From Bacteroidota bacterium (GTDB taxonomy: Bacteria > Bacteroidota > Bacteroidia > Bacteroidales > JAAUTT01), in assembly GCA_021779665.1 (NCBI GenBank), contig JAJYAG010000001.1, forward strand, positions 67,396-131,395: a stretch of DNA of 64,000 bases. The letters are read 5' to 3'. Below are positions 1 through 8,614 of this stretch, piece by piece (positions within the stretch are counted from its first letter, which is position 1; every line of letters begins with the position of its first letter). The notes under the pieces were generated by a model that had not been told where the DNA came from, made no database searches, and saw only the letters and a list, made by a program, of their open reading frames with translations. A program made the position numbers and the translations under genes.

Positions 1-510
1 CGCTCCATGGCATAACATGCACTTGGCTTTGATAATTGGACAAAAGCTGATTGAAATTGCTCCTTTAAAGGTATTCTCCGGGGCCTGGGCAAGTGTGCCA
101 TAAACCAGGGCAGCTCCCGACAAATAGCCCACTAATATTGGCTTAAAGTATTGTGCAAAATTGTATTTCTTTTGTAATGAAAGGCTTAGTATCTCAAAAT
201 CACCTGCCGGATACAAACACTTTACTTTTTGGCAGCCAGCTCTTTTAAAATATTCACGCGTGTCCAGACCCACCACCATTGCTCCCTGGGACACCAGGTT
301 TTTGGTCATGACAGAAGCACTGGTACCCCGACCCTCTTTTTCTGAAACAAAAAGAACAAAGGCGTTTGGTTTTGATATGGGTTTGTTCACCACAACCCTG
401 CCAAAGGTGTTGAAGGCAAGTGTATCAACAGAAATTGTATGAGAATAGCTTTTTATAAACGCTGTAAAAAACAGGCAGATGATAAATAGATATTTCAGCA
501 AAGTCTTCAT
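1..510 (-). CDS. VirJ/AcvB-like secreted hydrolase-fold protein, partial (N-terminal 170 codons; continues past the left edge)
   Basis: Not in the ORF track because it is open at the window edge. ATG at 510-508 on the minus strand, in frame and open to position 1. The translation MKTLLKYLFIICLFFTAFIKSYS... has a signal-like N-terminus. The blocks FVLFVSEKEG...GAMVVGLDTREYF and PILVGYLSGAALVYG resemble the SGDGGW...VVGxDSLRYF and GYSFGA blocks of VirJ/AcvB proteins (from memory). It lies downstream of an MprF homologue, as acvB follows lpiA in Rhizobiales. Confidence 0.45.
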   Translation of the reverse strand, partial: MKTLLKYLFIICLFFTAFIKSYSHTISVDTLAFNTFGRVVVNKPISKPNAFVLFVSEKEGRGTSASVMTKNLVSQGAMVVGLDTREYFKRAGCQKVKCLYPAGDFEILSLSLQKKYNFAQYFKPILVGYLSGAALVYGTLAQAPENTFKGAISISFCPIIKAKCMLCHGA

Positions 511-530
511 TTTAATACGATTTACTTCAA

Positions 531-1211
531 TCAAGCCGCCCGGGCAGGTTTTCTAAACATAAAAAAAGCAATGGCGATGAGATAAATATATGAATTAAGC
601 ATCATCAGCCGCTGCCACAAACCCTGATAGCTACTTAGAAAGTTACTTTTATCGTTCGAAATCCGAAATGAAAACAATATCAAAAAGAATATACCCATTA
701 TAAACACAACATTCGAAACTTTGTGGAAGAAAGGAAATTCAGCATCAGCGATTACTTTTTTCATTACAAGTGGTAATACTAATATTGCTACAATGCCAAT
801 CCCACCGAGTACATCGTGAATCACAGCCGATGAGGTTAATACCCCTCCTAAATGATGGTTCGCCTTAAAGGCGCCTGACCCGATGCCTTCGCCCGCCCCA
901 TATACCGCTATAAGCCATGAAGCCGTTGCAGAAGCTTTGCCTTGCGACCTAAAGGCGAAATAAACTCCAATTCCATAAAATATGAAAAGCAATCCCGCAA
1001 CAATCCACCATGCAGACATTTGATCGGATACCGGGCTTATGGAGGCTCCTAATGAGCTCATTGTGTTTTTCATTTGACTGTATCCGGTGAAATAACTTCC
1101 CAGAATAAACATCACTGCAAAATCGCCCACACAGGCAATAATGCACGCAACTCCGGAGATTTTGACAATGCGGTTTGAAGTTAAATTATCATATTTTAAA
1201 AATTCCAACAT
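531..1211 (-). CDS. Polytopic membrane protein (DUF998-like)
   Basis: 226-aa ORF with about 6 hydrophobic segments. Its ATG overlaps the mprF stop (TAATG at 1209-1213), and it ends 20 nt before the next gene. The family assignment is from memory only. Confidence 0.5.
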   Translation of the reverse strand: MLEFLKYDNLTSNRIVKISGVACIIACVGDFAVMFILGSYFTGYSQMKNTMSSLGASISPVSDQMSAWWIVAGLLFIFYGIGVYFAFRSQGKASATASWLIAVYGAGEGIGSGAFKANHHLGGVLTSSAVIHDVLGGIGIVAILVLPLVMKKVIADAEFPFFHKVSNVVFIMGIFFLILFSFRISNDKSNFLSSYQGLWQRLMMLNSYIYLIAIAFFMFRKPARAA

Positions 1212-3817
1212 TAAGGTTTAATAACATTTGTTAAAACCGTGGGTAAAGAAAGTAAATCGTAATCGTGCGAATAAATCAAATACTGGTTATTCCATCGGGG
1301 AGAAAACTTCTCTTTAAATTCCCGCAAACCTTTATAATGCGAAAAAGCCTTTATTTTTTCATAGGCAAACTTCATCGATTTTTCCGGAAAAGTATGAGGA
1401 TCATTCAGTCCGCTCATGGGTGCAAGACCGAGGTTAACCGATGAATAATTCTGCTTCTTTAAATAATTAAAAAGTTCTACCAGTATAAAATCCATGATAC
1501 CATTGGGTGCATCGCTGGTTTTGCGGATCAGGTCGTAGGTACCTTCACCTTTGGCATAATCGGGAATTATATTTAAAAAGGCAATTATCTTTTCTTCGTG
1601 GTTTTCCACGGTAATTATTGTCTGTAATTTTAATTCCTCCCAAACAAACATCCCCTGTGAAAAAACAATCTCTTCTCTTTCAGTTTCCTTTAGCCATTCA
1701 TCGCTCACCGATTTTAATTTTTGTAGCAGCCCGTCCTTTATGGGTGGTGTGTGAACAGTTGCTTTCAGACCTTTATCACTTACCTTCTTTAAGGCGTTGC
1801 GAATGGATTTCTTACTGCCTCCTTCGAGCGAAAACGTGGTTAAATCGACAATTCCTTCCTGTCCAAGAAATAAATTCTTCTTTCCTAAGGTATTATATAT
1901 GTTTAAACTTTCCTCCGGAACCCTGTAATAAATGCTTTTCAACCCGTTTTCGTAACAAAATTGGTCGAATTGAGCAATACATACTTTAAGTTCGTTCAAG
2001 TTCTTTGCCACAGGGTTCTCCAGAACAACAGCAAAGTTTCCTGTTATCCGGTAAGCAATGAAGGCATTCTGGCTTTGCGATAGAAAAATCAGTTTATCCG
2101 AATAGGTTTTAAAATAATCAAGACCGGAGTTTCCGTAAGATTTTGAAAGTTCGGTTGCAGTAATTTTCTCATCGGTTAAAACATTCGTTTTAAGAATATA
2201 GGGTTGAATTAAGGTGTAAATCAGGAACCCGATCGATAATATACCGCTGATTTTGATTGAAACCACAAAATGAGCCGCAAATCCTCCAACGGGAACCAAA
2301 TCGGCACTGCCAACCAGAAAATAGTTCTGGAGTGTGTATTTTACGGCCTGAAGTAAACTAAAATCAATGTTAAAATATTTTTTATCGATAAAATAAAAAC
2401 CTATAATGCCGTATAGCAAAACAACAAACACGCTGAATATTGATGTTTGCAACCCAATTAAACGAAGACGCGGATTGTTTTTAATGTAATATTCCTTTCG
2501 TGTGACAAGCAGGATTGTTATAACAACACAGGCAACAATAGCTTCTTCAAAGTCTATAGCCTTTGTTAAATGCCCCACTGCTGAAATAACACTTAAAACG
2601 AGTGCAAACCACCAGGCGGTGCGTAACCCTTTCAGCATAAAAGTAGCTGTAACCAATAAAAACAAACCAGCCGTGAACACCAAATAGTTGGATGCATGAA
2701 TGGCCTGAACGGGTAAAAAGTTGGTTATCCGTGCCAATCTCCCGGCTATGGCCGGGGTGAGGACAGAAACAATATTTAGTATTCCCAGGCACAGCAACAG
2801 CAATGCCGGAATAACACGCATCAACAATTTATTTATTTTCAAAAGGAATGTAACGGCACCGGCAAGCAAGGGAGTCCAGAATTCAAAAAACCGGTACATA
2901 AAGGTAATTGCGATGGCTTCGACATTTCCAAAACCCATGCGAATGAGAATATAACTCATTGAAAATTCGATAGCTCCCAGTCCTCTCAAAAAAGGCGATA
3001 CAATTAAAAAAATAACCGAGACAATATAACCAATACAAGCAGCAAGCACCGAGGGTGTAAAGTTCAAAGCCAGCATTGCAATAAGCAGATGGCTTATGCC
3101 GACTATTTCTATTAAAATGGAATAGAATACAGTTAATAAGAATTGGTTACGGTCAATTTTATTATTCTGTAAATCGTCCATAAACACTTCCGATTTAGGA
3201 AAAAGCTTTACCAATCCTTTAAATATTAAACCTTTACTTATTATTGAGCGATATGTCAAAATAATAAGTAAAGTCACCAAGGTAATGGAACCTAAAGCAA
3301 ACCATTCTCCCGAACCAACGGCTCCTTCAAACAATGCAAAAATGAATACAGGAATTGCCACAATAACCACCGAAAGAATCCCGATAAACCCATAAATTGA
3401 AGAAGCAAAGTAAATCTGTGTTTCTTTAACGCCCTTTTTCTCAATAGAGTTGGAAAAAAAAGCTAACGACGACACTCCTCCTGCCGGCAGAAAAACACTT
3501 ATAAAGTTTCGTTTCAAAAATAGTGTGACAGTGTCGGACAGGGATACTTTACTTTTAACTGCTGCAAACGACGAGGAATACATGAGTCCCTGAAGTATAA
3601 TATAAACCGCAGTCCAGACTAAGCCCAAAATTACCCATTGCCATCTGGCATTTGTAAGCGAATGGCTTATCTGAAACAACTCGGCTTTTTCGTGCTTAAT
3701 AAACCAGATGCCAATACCAATAAAAAATACCCCAAAAACAAATTGTGCAATTATTCTTCCGTTACCCCTGATGAAAGGAACACTTCTTTCTTTGAAAAAC
3801 AGAACTACTGAATTCAT
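1211..3817 (-). CDS. mprF: Aminoacyl(lysyl)-phosphatidylglycerol synthase/flippase, MprF family
   Basis: 868 aa. The N-terminal ~520 aa is a polytopic membrane region. The C-terminal soluble domain carries blocks typical of the aminoacyl-PG synthase domain (AFIAYRITGNFAVVLENPV, DLIRKTSDAPNGIMDFILVELFNYLK, SVNLGLAPMSG, GLREFKEKFSPRW). Confidence 0.85.
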   Translation of the reverse strand: MNSVVLFFKERSVPFIRGNGRIIAQFVFGVFFIGIGIWFIKHEKAELFQISHSLTNARWQWVILGLVWTAVYIILQGLMYSSSFAAVKSKVSLSDTVTLFLKRNFISVFLPAGGVSSLAFFSNSIEKKGVKETQIYFASSIYGFIGILSVVIVAIPVFIFALFEGAVGSGEWFALGSITLVTLLIILTYRSIISKGLIFKGLVKLFPKSEVFMDDLQNNKIDRNQFLLTVFYSILIEIVGISHLLIAMLALNFTPSVLAACIGYIVSVIFLIVSPFLRGLGAIEFSMSYILIRMGFGNVEAIAITFMYRFFEFWTPLLAGAVTFLLKINKLLMRVIPALLLLCLGILNIVSVLTPAIAGRLARITNFLPVQAIHASNYLVFTAGLFLLVTATFMLKGLRTAWWFALVLSVISAVGHLTKAIDFEEAIVACVVITILLVTRKEYYIKNNPRLRLIGLQTSIFSVFVVLLYGIIGFYFIDKKYFNIDFSLLQAVKYTLQNYFLVGSADLVPVGGFAAHFVVSIKISGILSIGFLIYTLIQPYILKTNVLTDEKITATELSKSYGNSGLDYFKTYSDKLIFLSQSQNAFIAYRITGNFAVVLENPVAKNLNELKVCIAQFDQFCYENGLKSIYYRVPEESLNIYNTLGKKNLFLGQEGIVDLTTFSLEGGSKKSIRNALKKVSDKGLKATVHTPPIKDGLLQKLKSVSDEWLKETEREEIVFSQGMFVWEELKLQTIITVENHEEKIIAFLNIIPDYAKGEGTYDLIRKTSDAPNGIMDFILVELFNYLKKQNYSSVNLGLAPMSGLNDPHTFPEKSMKFAYEKIKAFSHYKGLREFKEKFSPRWNNQYLIYSHDYDLLSLPTVLTNVIKP

Positions 3818-4195
3818 AAATACTTTTGCTTTCGTATGCGAAAGTTAAACAATAAAATAGTTGAATAGAAAGGGCTTTAACCTTAATTAACAATTTTGGA
3901 AAGAAACAAGTTGAAGTAATTTAAGACATGGATTAACACTTCTATACCAAGGTAATTTCTGCACAGTCTCCGGTGTGATCCACCCGAAGTTCGGGATAAT
4001 AATCTGAATTCCATGTAACTTAACAATTTGATATTGTGCCATGTTTGTCAGAAATCGAGAATATAATTCACATTCTTATCCAGGTTATATGGTGTTCTTC
4101 TTCTTTCTTGGCAAGTATTGCGACCGCCTGTTGATGTATTTATTTAATCGTTTATCTTTGATCTATTCTTTAAACAAACCCTAAACTTCACATGT

Positions 4196-4711
4196 ATGAA
4201 ACCAAACCAACTTTTTACGGGAATTGGCTGTATGCTGATCTTTATGGCTTTTTTAGGCAATTTAAAAGCCCAGTCGCCTGTGAATTTCTCAGGAAAATGG
4301 CAGTACGACAGAGCCAATAGCGATAAGGACAAATTTGAGTCTGAATTAGATGGCACAGTTATTTTGGAAATTAACCAAACCAACGATTCTATTTCTTTTT
4401 CAGAAACATACATATATCCCGATCGTCCTCAGTGGAAAACATCTGCCGACTCCTACAAAATCGATGGAAAAGAGCAAATCACCAAATCATCGGTCGGTAA
4501 GAGTAAGAAGTCGGCAAAATGGTCACCGGATAAGAAACTGCTTATCGTTACCAATATCGATACACAGACTGTTAAAGGAGTATTGCAGGAATTTATTGTA
4601 AGCGATACTTATAGTCTTTCTGCGGACAAGAAAACAATCATGCTCGAGAGGTACCGTAAAAATTATGTTACCGGAGAAACCAAGTCGAAAAAGATATATA
4701 CGCGGAAATAA
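4196..4711 (+). CDS. Small secreted beta-rich protein (lipocalin-like?), distant paralogue of 50602..51111
   Basis: 171 aa. Signal peptide ends ...LGNLKAQSP, followed by FSGKW. It shares blocks with 50602..51111 (SKKSAKWSPDKKLLIV vs KKSVASWSADSKELTI; SADKKTIMLE vs SDDKKTLTID). Confidence 0.5.
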   Translation: MKPNQLFTGIGCMLIFMAFLGNLKAQSPVNFSGKWQYDRANSDKDKFESELDGTVILEINQTNDSISFSETYIYPDRPQWKTSADSYKIDGKEQITKSSVGKSKKSAKWSPDKKLLIVTNIDTQTVKGVLQEFIVSDTYSLSADKKTIMLERYRKNYVTGETKSKKIYTRK

Positions 4712-5205
4712 TGTTTAACGACGAAGAAGAAATATCCCCTAAAAACCTTCCCATCTATAAGAAAGGTCAGGAAATTTTTGATGTAATCCGCGAGATTTGC
4801 GACTTAATCCCTGAAGAAAATGAACTACTGCAGCATGTAAAAGCAGAAATGTATGCTGATGCTTCCATGTTGACTGTAAAAATTGCTGGGGCCGAAAGAG
4901 CAGGATTATACGATCTAAAGATGGAAGCTGCAGCCATTATTCGTAAGGCCGCCCGTGACTTAATGGTTAGTAAGCATTCGTTAGAAATGTTTGGCTTTGA
5001 GTATGTGGAATATTATAAGATTGTAAGGGATTTGCTTGAAGAATACCGTTTGCTCTTTATTGATTGGGTTGCCGGTTTCGACAAGTGGAACTATGTGATC
5101 GATCGCTGGGGACTTTTTAACCCTCCGGGAGTTGGTCCATTCGATAAGGATCCTGATGAAGATATTCCATTTAACGGATTTAACGACTTCGACGATGATC
5201 TTTAA
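4711..5205 (+). CDS. Hypothetical helical protein with an acidic C-terminal tail
   Basis: 164-aa ORF. The start overlaps the upstream stop (TAATG at 4709-4713). No signal peptide. The tail is DKDPDEDIPFNGFNDFDDDL. It looks loosely like a four-helix bundle; no family could be assigned. Confidence 0.5.
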   Translation: MFNDEEEISPKNLPIYKKGQEIFDVIREICDLIPEENELLQHVKAEMYADASMLTVKIAGAERAGLYDLKMEAAAIIRKAARDLMVSKHSLEMFGFEYVEYYKIVRDLLEEYRLLFIDWVAGFDKWNYVIDRWGLFNPPGVGPFDKDPDEDIPFNGFNDFDDDL

Positions 5206-5340
5206 GTTGTTTCTAAGCTAACATCAATTAAAAAGTTAACCTAAATCAATAAACTAGTTGTCATTTCTATATCTGTGGATTGCAATCGCAATTTGTTTTT
5301 TAGTTTTCTTGCAGCAGGCTGTTTGAAAATTCAATTGCCA

Positions 5341-5406
5341 GTCATATTTCGACTCCGCTCAATATGACAAATAGCTGATTGTCAAAGTCAATCTGAGCGT
5401 AGTCGA
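5341..5406. repeat. Intergenic compound hairpin (word-repeat element)
   Basis: tcgactccgctca (5349-5361) and tgagcgtagtcga (5394-5406) are inverted repeats matching 12/13. Nested small stems are gtcatatt/aatatgac (5341-5368) and gacaa/ttgtc. Confidence 0.6.
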
Positions 5407-5468
5407 AGTCTTTCAGCCCTTTAACATAACCACGTTTAATTTTAATTTTAAAACAAAAAAAGTAAAAT

Positions 5469-5792
5469 ATGCTCGAAGCAATCAAAAAATTATTAGGATT
5501 TAAAACCGTAGATTATAGCCAATTAATGCAGGAAGGTGCAATAATTTTGGACGTACGGACACCGGGCGAATTTTCCTCAGGGCATATCCGGAGATCAATA
5601 AATATTCCACTGGACAAGCTGTCAGGCAATCTCAATAAATTAAAAAATAAAGCAACTCCTGTTATTACCTGTTGTGCTTCCGGAATGAGAAGTGCGTCTG
5701 CAAAAAGTATCCTTCAATCAAAAGGATATAAGAATGTTTACAATGGTGGTTCATGGACTAGTTTAGACCGAAAAATAAATGTGAAGAATTAA
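5469..5792 (+). CDS. Rhodanese-like sulfurtransferase domain protein
   Basis: 107 aa. Contains ILDVRTPGEFSSGHI and the active-site loop CCASGMRSASA, typical of single-domain rhodaneses. Confidence 0.85.
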   Translation: MLEAIKKLLGFKTVDYSQLMQEGAIILDVRTPGEFSSGHIRRSINIPLDKLSGNLNKLKNKATPVITCCASGMRSASAKSILQSKGYKNVYNGGSWTSLDRKINVKN

Positions 5793-5956
5793 TTGTGACG
5801 GCCTTGATTTACTCATGATGACTCCCGAAATGATAGTAAAAGAGGGACTCAATCCTTAACAAACTCCTTCTGATTAAAACCAGATAGTTCCTGTGTGAAT
5901 CCCCAAAATAAAGGGTTTAATTTTTACATTGTACTCAAAATAATTAGTTTTATCTG

Positions 5957-7384
5957 ATGGATATAGTTAATACGGAGTACAAATTTTTGAGGACTGTTGC
6001 CGGGATTTTCTCAATCAATTATAAACTTGAGGAATCGTGGCTCATAACAGGCCCATGGCGGGAAGCTCATGAAAAACTTGTTGCGCTGCTGCGAAACACT
6101 GCTATTCTTACTCCCTATAATCTTCACGAAGCCGGCATTCCACAGTTTAACTTTCCTTTTCGGACTGCTTATGTTTCGTACCAGGAAAACATTGCTGATA
6201 AGCATGCAACTTATTACCAGCAACGCTTTTATGCTACTGAAGTTGACGAAATAAAGACGTTAAAAAAATATCTGTTTGGAGAAGATGCTGATTTCAGGTC
6301 GGTTCATAAGTATTACGATTTGTTGGACTCCTTTAAATTAAGGCACTTACTCAACGAGGAGGTTGTTAAACTCTCGAACGGCGAAACAAGGAAGGCCGCT
6401 ATTCTTAAAGCTTTGCTGACCAATCGCCAGGTGCTGATTCTGGATGAACCGTTTGCCGGTATCGACCAACAAACGGTTCCAGAACTTAATTTATTGCTGC
6501 AACAATTATCATGTAACGGATTGAATATAATCCTGATAAGCAATAGCTTTCTACCCGAATGGATTTCGCAAGTTTTGCTGATAAACACTCCCGACGAAAT
6601 CAAAAAACTCCCACCGGCGGAATATAGAAAAATACTTTTGATGAAAAATGATGCTAATAGCATTGTTTCCCAATTGCATGTCCCTGCCGTTGCTGCTTTT
6701 GAGGGTGAAAACATCGTGCAGCTTAATAATGTTTCAGTGAGTTACGCCGATAAGCATGTGCTCATGAATATTAACTGGTGCATCAAACCAGGCCAGAAAT
6801 GGTTATTGAAAGGTATTAACGGCGCCGGAAAATCTACTTTACTGAGTTTAATTTATGCCGATCATCCCCAGTCGTACGCCAACGATATTGGGCTGTTTGG
6901 AAGGAAAAGAGGTTCCGGGGAGTCTATCTGGGATATAAAGGAGAAGATAGCATACTACTCCCCTGAAATGTATTATTATTTCGATAAGTCGGTTTCCTGC
7001 AGGGAGGCTATTTTGAGTGGTATTTATTTTCATCCTTTTAAAAAAGGAGTCAGAAATTTGGAACTGGAGAAGTTTGCCGAAAAACTTTTTCTATTGTTCT
7101 TCAGTGAAGATAAACTGGCTCTGCCTCTTAACCGGTTATCGGGTGTTCATCAGCGGCTGATATTGTTTTTACGAACGCTGGCCCAAAACGCTCCTTTGGT
7201 GCTTCTCGACGAACCTTTCCAGGGTTTTGATGCTGAACTGACCGAAAAGTGCAAACAACTAACCGAGTGTTGCTGCCAGGATAAAACCCTAATATTTGTC
7301 AGCCACAATGCTACAGATATGCCTAAGTTTATTACCAGGATTTTTCAATTATATAATGGAAAAGGTTTAGAAGATAAATTTTAG
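5957..7384 (+). CDS. Tandem-domain ABC ATPase without a membrane domain (ModF-like); the N-terminal Walker A is degenerate
   Basis: 475 aa. The second half has Walker A GINGAGKST, signature LSGVHQR and Walker B LVLLDEP. The first half keeps LSNGETRK and VLILDEP, but the Walker A position reads ITGPWREAHEKL. Confidence 0.8.
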   Translation: MDIVNTEYKFLRTVAGIFSINYKLEESWLITGPWREAHEKLVALLRNTAILTPYNLHEAGIPQFNFPFRTAYVSYQENIADKHATYYQQRFYATEVDEIKTLKKYLFGEDADFRSVHKYYDLLDSFKLRHLLNEEVVKLSNGETRKAAILKALLTNRQVLILDEPFAGIDQQTVPELNLLLQQLSCNGLNIILISNSFLPEWISQVLLINTPDEIKKLPPAEYRKILLMKNDANSIVSQLHVPAVAAFEGENIVQLNNVSVSYADKHVLMNINWCIKPGQKWLLKGINGAGKSTLLSLIYADHPQSYANDIGLFGRKRGSGESIWDIKEKIAYYSPEMYYYFDKSVSCREAILSGIYFHPFKKGVRNLELEKFAEKLFLLFFSEDKLALPLNRLSGVHQRLILFLRTLAQNAPLVLLDEPFQGFDAELTEKCKQLTECCCQDKTLIFVSHNATDMPKFITRIFQLYNGKGLEDKF

Positions 7385-7417
7385 TTAACAGGATATAAGA
7401 ATTTGGTTTATAATTGA

Positions 7418-7702
7418 CTACAGAATAACTTTATTGGATTCCTGTAAAATTAAAGGTTCTACCCAGATAATTTTATCGTCCTTTTCCGATTCGTATTTCC
7501 GAAAAATGAAATTCTCGGTTTTAGCGATTGAAAGATCATCATTCAATAAATCGAACTTTGCCTTTTTGAACTCATCCAGAATTTTCTTCTCAACGGCCGT
7601 ATCTATCCTGGGATTTATATCAAGATCCACTCTTTCAGATTTATTCTCGAGGGCTATAAACAATCCCCTTTCGCAATCTTCGAAACATGCATGTACTTCC
7701 AT
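7418..7702 (-). CDS. Hypothetical acidic protein (94 aa)
   Basis: The ORF starts 11 nt after the stop of the small upstream ORF 7714..7878 on the same strand. No recognisable motifs. Confidence 0.45.
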   Translation of the reverse strand: MEVHACFEDCERGLFIALENKSERVDLDINPRIDTAVEKKILDEFKKAKFDLLNDDLSIAKTENFIFRKYESEKDDKIIWVEPLILQESNKVIL

Positions 7703-7713
7703 ACTTCAAAATT

Positions 7714-7878
7714 TTAATTAACGGGAATATTATCCTTAAACTCCCAGTAAACCTGGTTTCCTTTATAATCGGGGACTACGCTTCCTTCTTTAAAAACAAA
7801 GGTAATGGACGGGCAATCCTGAACTTCCCATATTCCTGTAGCCGGACATCTTTCTCCTGTTTTAACTTTCATACTCAT
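7714..7878 (-). CDS. Small protein (54 aa), YjzC-like pattern
   Basis: Below the ORF-track cut-off; translated by hand as MSMKVKTGERCPATGIWEVQDCPSITFVFKEGSVVPDYKGNQVYWEFKDNIPVN. ATG at 7878-7876, TAA at 7716-7714. The pattern G-x3-P-x2-G-x-W ... KEG-x2-VP ... W recalls YjzC-family proteins (from memory). Confidence 0.45.
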   Translation of the reverse strand: MSMKVKTGERCPATGIWEVQDCPSITFVFKEGSVVPDYKGNQVYWEFKDNIPVN

Positions 7879-8201
7879 AGCATTTAAGTTTTGCTTTTGT
7901 TGGCAAATTGTATTCCTTTTTTACCCTTCATATTGATTAGCCATTTTAATCTCCTTTCTTCCAAAAACTTCAGTTTGTAAAAGAAAATCTATATAAACTT
8001 AGATGGTTCACAGAAAACACTTATCTGTGGAAAATTCTCTACGGATCGGATTTTTAATTCATTTTTTTCTTTTTTAAATGGGGGTATTCGCACGGCTAAG
8101 TATTTGATTCATTATATAATATATATTTATCAAGAAAAACCTGAAATTGGTTGGTATGTTGTCTTAAAAACAACTTTGCATTAGTAGGAACTTAAAAAAT
8201 T

Positions 8202-8549
8202 ATGCTTATGAGTCACGAAAATTATCAAAGTTGTATTGACGCATGTCAGGAATGTGCTGTTGAATGTCTTCATTGTGCAAATGCCTGTTTGCAGGAAGAT
8301 AATGTAAAAATGATGGCCCAATGCATTAAGCTGGACCAGGAATGTGCGCGGATTTGTAATCTTGCTGCCGATTTTATGGCCAGCGGAAGTGAATTTGTAA
8401 ATGAAGTTTGTATGGTGTGCGCAAATATTTGTGATGCCTGTGCCCAGGAATGCCGCAGTCACTCAGGTATGGAACATTGCCAGAGCTGCGCGGAAGCCTG
8501 CAGCATGTGCGCTGAAGAGTGCCGTAAAATGGTCCATCAGTTTGCATAA
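8202..8549 (+). CDS. Cysteine-rich four-helix-bundle copper-binding protein (DUF326 / Csp3-like)
   Basis: 115 aa with 19 Cys in CxxxCxxC / CxxC spacing along predicted helices (CIDACQECAVECLHCANAC ... CMVCANICDACAQEC ... CQSCAEACSMCAEEC). No signal peptide. Confidence 0.8.
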   Translation: MLMSHENYQSCIDACQECAVECLHCANACLQEDNVKMMAQCIKLDQECARICNLAADFMASGSEFVNEVCMVCANICDACAQECRSHSGMEHCQSCAEACSMCAEECRKMVHQFA

Positions 8550-8614
8550 GAAACTAAAGTCCTTGTCTTCCTTTTCGTTAAGAGAAATAACTGATAAGGA
8601 AGACAAGGCAATGA

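Noticed and set aside
161-442. 93-aa plus-strand ORF with a TTG start
   Set aside because: It lies antisense to the edge-truncated VirJ-like CDS. That CDS has a signal peptide, family-like blocks and operon context with mprF.
8181-8462. 93-aa minus-strand ORF
   Set aside because: It is antisense to the Cys-rich DUF326-like gene, whose periodic Cys pattern is unmistakable.
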